A DNA stretch of 20,000 bases, from IMG/VR virus record IMGVR_UViG_3300035698_024761. One strand, given 5' to 3'. A program made the translations under genes and the position numbers. Below are positions 15,962-20,000 of this stretch, piece after piece; position 1 is the stretch's first letter, and every line of letters begins with the position of its first letter. The notes beneath the pieces were generated by a model. It saw nothing but the letters and a program-made list of their open reading frames with translations, had not been told where the DNA came from and ran no database searches. This stretch comes from an uncultured virus (IMG/VR IMGVR_UViG_3300035698_024761). Taxonomy: Duplodnaviria > Heunggongvirae > Uroviricota > Caudoviricetes.

Positions 15962-16024
15962 TCATCTCCCATGTCGATGACATTTGATCTCATGGCTTCT
16001 CCTTTGCCGTCTCTACGGCTTCAT

Positions 16025-16372
16025 TTATCGGTACAGCACCCGCAAATGATAAGTTTGCCATTTGTTTGTCAAGCCAAGGCTGGCAGCGTTATCTATCAAC
16101 ATATTCTTGAGTGTGACATAAAAGGAGCCACGCATCTCTATATTCGCACACCGCCAAGACGGATAGCCGTCTAAACATAGTTTGACAGGTTGGCTAGCTT
16201 GTGTAGGCTTAGTCGATAACTCGAGCCAATATTCCTTGGCGTCGGGAATCACGAATAGTTTCCGCAATATGGTCAAGCAGACAAATTCATTCCACGACGT
16301 AGCAGTAACTAGAGTGTCACGCCCGCTTATCCAGTGTCTGTATATCACAAGACGCGGACTAGTACGTTTCAT
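16025..16372 (-). CDS. hypothetical protein (115 aa)
   Basis: AAAAGGA RBS before ATG 16372. Confidence 0.65.
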   Translation of the reverse strand: MKRTSPRLVIYRHWISGRDTLVTATSWNEFVCLTILRKLFVIPDAKEYWLELSTKPTQASQPVKLCLDGYPSWRCANIEMRGSFYVTLKNMLIDNAASLGLTNKWQTYHLRVLYR

Positions 16373-16382
16373 AGTTTTCCTT

Positions 16383-16895
16383 TTATGGAGCGACAACTGA
16401 TCCACATAACCCATCGGGGCACAATTGCCGCATATCCTTAGCCCACTCCGCGCTCTTTTCGGGGCAACACTTTTCCATACCTATCCACGTACAGTGGGAC
16501 CAGCTACGGATAAACTCCCGCATTTCTGTCGTTGTTTGGTCTGTCCAATCAGGACCTAGTCCGGCGGTATGCATCGTATCTATTTGCGTGTGCAGTTTAT
16601 CGAGTTCCGCTATAGCATCCATACAAATCTTTACTGCTACGGTATCGCCAGCCGTTTGCGATCCGTTAGCTAAATTGTATAGCTCACTCGTTATGGCGTC
16701 CGTTGTTCGCTTTTCTTTTGTCGCATCACACATGTCGTCGATCGAGTTCTTCATGTGATCGATTTCCAGGACAGTTAAATGCGTGTCATCCTTCAGCAAA
16801 ACAACAGCCATTTGTTTAGGCCATGTGGGCAAAATGACGCCCATGCTGATTATCATTTCCTTACTGGTTACCAATTTCTTGCCGTCAATTTTCAT
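16383..16895 (-). CDS. hypothetical protein (170 aa)
   Basis: GAGGAG RBS before ATG 16895. Confidence 0.7.
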   Translation of the reverse strand: MKIDGKKLVTSKEMIISMGVILPTWPKQMAVVLLKDDTHLTVLEIDHMKNSIDDMCDATKEKRTTDAITSELYNLANGSQTAGDTVAVKICMDAIAELDKLHTQIDTMHTAGLGPDWTDQTTTEMREFIRSWSHCTWIGMEKCCPEKSAEWAKDMRQLCPDGLCGSVVAP

Positions 16896-17003
16896 TGATC
16901 TCCTCTCGATCAACAGGTCGCACCTTAGCACTAATCAACGCTTGATTTTCAGCTTTCAGCTTATTCCGCCCGCTCGCCATGGCGGTGGTTATGCGTTGCA
17001 TTG

Positions 17004-17183
17004 TCAATCCCTTGCCGCGTCAGGTTTCTTGAATAGCTTACTTGGCCATTGAACTTCCCGCTGCTCTTGGATTGTCACCCACCCCATGCCACCACAGCCG
17101 CGGCAAGCGGTCGTGCAGCCTGGTCTACTCGATGGTTGCTTGCCACTACCGCCACACACAGGACACCTCTCAGCATGACTCAC
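17004..17183 (-). CDS. small CxxCxGxG (DnaJ-type) zinc-finger protein (59 aa, MSHAERCPVCGGSG...CRGCGGMGWV...)
   Basis: Translated by hand; GGAGG upstream, GTGA overlap, two CxxCxGxG motifs. Confidence 0.75.
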   Translation of the reverse strand: MSHAERCPVCGGSGKQPSSRPGCTTACRGCGGMGWVTIQEQREVQWPSKLFKKPDAARD

Positions 17184-17842
17184 TCCTTACCTCCCGCCGC
17201 GTCTGCGGCTATCGCGGCCACTTCCTCCAAAAACGCCTGTGCCTTCTTGCCTATAGCTGCCACCGAATGTTGCGACTTGCCCCTGGCCTCAGCCGCTTGA
17301 GTAATATCCCACATCAGTTTGTTCACGAGCTCAATCATGGCATCGAGATTTGCCTCCCGCATACCATCCACGGCGTGGTCCCCAATGGGCTGAATCGGCC
17401 CGATCAACTTTTGAATAATGTCATAATGAGTCATTGGTTCCTCTGCTTGTGTGGCTTTCCTTTTCGCTTTACAGCCATCACATTCATCTGTAACCACGCC
17501 AGGCTTGTACATTACACAAGAACACGCCTCAGCGGCTACAACCTCAAACGCTTTAATTGCGTTCATCAAGGCCGAATTCGCCATGTTCTGCATCTCAGGC
17601 GAGGCATTGGCCATCCGTTCCACTTGCCGGCGGAGAAAACCAGCCCCTGGACTTGTCGCCCAGTCGGCGGCCTCGGTAGCTGTTATCATCACATCTTTCC
17701 ATGCGTCGAATACCTGTCGCTGCCGAAGAATGGCGGAATTGGCTTGAAAGAGGTCGGTACGCAGCTGCGCGACTTCTGCCTGTAGCGCGCACGACCGGCA
17801 ATCTGGGCTCTCAAACGGTCCTATTAGTATGCCGCTATACAT
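17180..17842 (-). CDS. hypothetical protein (about 220 aa), possibly two fused modules
   Basis: GGAGG RBS before ATG 17842; a second in-frame GAGGA-ATG precedes MTHYDIIQKLIG. Confidence 0.7.
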   Translation of the reverse strand: MYSGILIGPFESPDCRSCALQAEVAQLRTDLFQANSAILRQRQVFDAWKDVMITATEAADWATSPGAGFLRRQVERMANASPEMQNMANSALMNAIKAFEVVAAEACSCVMYKPGVVTDECDGCKAKRKATQAEEPMTHYDIIQKLIGPIQPIGDHAVDGMREANLDAMIELVNKLMWDITQAAEARGKSQHSVAAIGKKAQAFLEEVAAIAADAAGGKE

Positions 17843-17893
17843 CGTTGTCCTCCGGGAACACTGCCCATCAGTTAAAGTCATCTGTCACGATCT

Positions 17894-18184
17894 TCAACAC
17901 AGCGCCGCTGCTTTTACGATCTTCCGAATAGCGTCTTCTAGATTATTCGCCGCCCACGCTCCGTCGATGTAATACCCGTAGCAGCAACTTTCTTCACACC
18001 AGCTCCAGGCTCTTCGTTCTGGATTACGCAACAGGTCGATCGCCAAATCTCGTTCCGCTTGCATCTGCTCGAGCGCCTCGACCGCCTCGTTCACCTGTTT
18101 TCTGACTGTGTCGCGATCGGTAGAAGTGCCGCCGATGGCATCATACCGTAAGGTTGCGCGCAACCGCTTCGCAATATCACTCAT
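17894..18184 (-). CDS. hypothetical protein (96 aa)
   Basis: GGAGG RBS; TAATG coupling. Confidence 0.7.
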   Translation of the reverse strand: MSDIAKRLRATLRYDAIGGTSTDRDTVRKQVNEAVEALEQMQAERDLAIDLLRNPERRAWSWCEESCCYGYYIDGAWAANNLEDAIRKIVKAAALC

Positions 18185-18369
18185 TAGTTCCTCCCGTCGC
18201 TTTTGCGATCCGTTACTTCTGTGATGACGCGCCCTGTCCCGTCGCACACCTTGCAAGGAAACGGCCCCATCTGCGTATCCGTCCATGTCTGCTGATCCCC
18301 CGCTACCCTTGGCGGGCGTGAGACGAGGCCTGTTCCGTCACATGCTGGGCATTTATGCACTGTGTCCAT
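18184..18369 (-). CDS. small CxxCxGxG (DnaJ-type) zinc-finger protein (61 aa)
   Basis: CPACDGTG and CKVCDGTG motifs. Confidence 0.75.
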   Translation of the reverse strand: MDTVHKCPACDGTGLVSRPPRVAGDQQTWTDTQMGPFPCKVCDGTGRVITEVTDRKSDGRN

Positions 18370-18604
18370 TGTTATCTTCCGTCACGTCTGTGACTTGGTC
18401 GCCTAAACTTTCATCTTTGTCGAATATGTTCCCGATCTCATCCCAGTCAAGCACAGCCTCGGCACAATTGCAGGCGTAGGCAATCTTATCTACGTGCTTG
18501 GCTGCATCGACATCACGTGTCCTGACTGTTGCCGCAACGCTTTCCGCCAGCTTTCTTATCGCATCAATTTGACCACACAGCCAAAAACGTGTAGCTGTAT
18601 TCAT
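18353..18604 (-). CDS. hypothetical protein (83 aa)
   Basis: GGGAG RBS; ATGA overlap. Confidence 0.65.
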   Translation of the reverse strand: MNTATRFWLCGQIDAIRKLAESVAATVRTRDVDAAKHVDKIAYACNCAEAVLDWDEIGNIFDKDESLGDQVTDVTEDNNGHSA

Positions 18605-19164
18605 ATTTTTTCTCCCGTCTCTTCTGTCGCTTCGCGATATGCTTTATTTCTTATGTCCATGTCGACGTGCTGTGAGTGGCCACGCCAATCGCGAGCCTGA
18701 AGGTACCTCCGGACCGCCTCGGAGAGACAACTAGCAGCATTGACGAGGGTCCGCAACCGGCGGATACAATCTAGCGGTTCCGGGTGGCAGGCGCTCCCCG
18801 TGTCTAAATCGAGCACCGTCGAGTCGGTCAATCCGCATCGCGTGCACGTCTTCATCGTTTTACTTCCGCTGGTTGCGTCTTGCTTAGCCTTAATCTTCGC
18901 CATGGTCACCTCGCCCGCGCGAATAAGGGACGCGGGCGTCTCCACGCACCGAATCTGGCTCGCGTGCTGCGGAACATCTAGCTTATATGCGTATTCTTGC
19001 AGCTGCTTGATCTGGGCCCGTAAACCAGCAAGCTCGGCTGCCTTTTGGGCCGCTACTTTAGCGTCGAACGCTTCACGTTGTGCTGCCATTCTACGTTTTT
19101 GTTCCTCGCTGCCGGAACTGCGATCGTAAAAGTCGTCGCATGTGGTATTTCCAGTGTTCGCCAT
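18601..19164 (-). CDS. hypothetical protein (about 187 aa) with CxxC...HxxxxxC motif
   Basis: AGGAGGTGA RBS before GTG/ATG. Confidence 0.7.
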   Translation of the reverse strand: MANTGNTTCDDFYDRSSGSEEQKRRMAAQREAFDAKVAAQKAAELAGLRAQIKQLQEYAYKLDVPQHASQIRCVETPASLIRAGEVTMAKIKAKQDATSGSKTMKTCTRCGLTDSTVLDLDTGSACHPEPLDCIRRLRTLVNAASCLSEAVRRYLQARDWRGHSQHVDMDIRNKAYREATEETGEKI

Positions 19165-19288
19165 CACTCACCTCCTGCTTTGATTTCCTCGGATCTCTTC
19201 TTCAAAATACCGTAAGTCTCATTACGAGATGGGACTCCTGGCTTTTGGCGCTTATCTTCTTTGACGGTTTCGTATCGCACAATCGCGG

Positions 19289-19576
19289 TCAGTAGCTCAT
19301 CCGCCCCTCTGGAGTAGATCGAGGACGATAATTCTCGGCCATTGCTTCCAGCCGCCAGCGATTGTCAAGCAACACGTTCGCAAGTGCTGTTAGCCGGGCA
19401 ATCTCCAGCTGCGCGGCCATTGATTCGGCCCTAAGATCTTTGATTTCGTCGTCGATGTCTTGCAGTCGCCCGACTTCAGCAGCAAGCACCCGTCTATCTA
19501 CCCATTCTCTTGAGACTGGCCAACTTGTTGTTCGAGCATTGCCTGCCCGAGCCATCGCATCGCTTACGTCGCTCAT
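19289..19576 (-). CDS. hypothetical coiled-coil protein (95 aa), possibly frameshifted
   Basis: ATGA overlap with the upstream ORF. Confidence 0.6.
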   Translation of the reverse strand: MSDVSDAMARAGNARTTSWPVSREWVDRRVLAAEVGRLQDIDDEIKDLRAESMAAQLEIARLTALANVLLDNRWRLEAMAENYRPRSTPEGRMSY

Positions 19577-19836
19577 ACTTCACTTTCCGCCGCCTTCACG
19601 GCTTTTCCAACGTAACGCAACTTAGTGTTTGATACGCACTGCCATCGCTCGGGGTGGACTAAGTGGCTATGCGTTATTGATGCAAAAACCCATGAATATC
19701 CTAGGCCGTTCTCGTGCAACTCTGTCAACAGCGCCTCGCCGTTAGGGTGATCCTCCAGCTTGTTCAATAACCCCATTATGTTGTCCGACAAACGCTGCAT
19801 TCGTGCGGTTATTGCAACCACTTCGCCATCAGTCAT
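19573..19836 (-). CDS. hypothetical protein (87 aa)
   Basis: GGGAG RBS; TGATG coupling. Confidence 0.65.
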   Translation of the reverse strand: MTDGEVVAITARMQRLSDNIMGLLNKLEDHPNGEALLTELHENGLGYSWVFASITHSHLVHPERWQCVSNTKLRYVGKAVKAAESEV

Positions 19837-20000
19837 CACTCCCCCCCCGCCTCAGCGGCTTCACGAGTACTGTAACACAGCCCTACATTGCAGACATCAC
19901 ACCAATCACCTATGTCTGGCTGAGACGTACATACTTTGCATTCCAATATCGGGTCGCCGGGTAAAAAAACCGTGTCCGTCCACGGCACCACCGCCACCCC
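19836..20000 (-). CDS. partial hypothetical protein (...CKVC...CDVC...CYSTREAAEAGGE)
   Basis: Open frame from the window edge to TGA at 19836-19838. Confidence 0.55.
   Translation of the reverse strand, partial: GVAVVPWTDTVFLPGDPILECKVCTSQPDIGDWCDVCNVGLCYSTREAAEAGGE

Noticed and set aside
1..20000. Self-targeting of spacers within the window; tRNA, rRNA, integrase or transposase genes
   Set aside because: I noticed no paired-spacer match or such genes by eye, but a manual scan is not exhaustive and a computational search is required.

Overview
The window looks like part of a large dsDNA phage or prophage accessory region. It is densely packed with short, mostly minus-strand hypothetical genes that have strong RBSs and overlapping stop/start codons. 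Recognisable products are a GT-A glycosyltransferase-like protein, a secreted HExxH metallopeptidase-like protein, a dNMP-kinase-like P-loop protein, an HTH protein and small Cys zinc fingers. The main signal is about 32 copies of a 36-nt dual-spacer unit in five clusters (3862-4290, 4481-4704, 5000-5288, 5924-6085, 11477-11904). On the minus strand each unit reads GGCCR-N9-TGAAACCCR-N9-TGCC, usually with a 47-bp period. This matches the architecture of TIGR (tandem interspaced guide RNA) arrays, but I see no Nop-domain Tas gene in the window. The arrays are interleaved with small genes, one abuts a decayed metallophosphoesterase gene, and the 3'-terminal bases of the two spacers in a unit covary as a base pair (22 of 28 Watson-Crick, 4 more G-U on the minus strand). 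All counts and coordinates were read by eye; no database searches were run.
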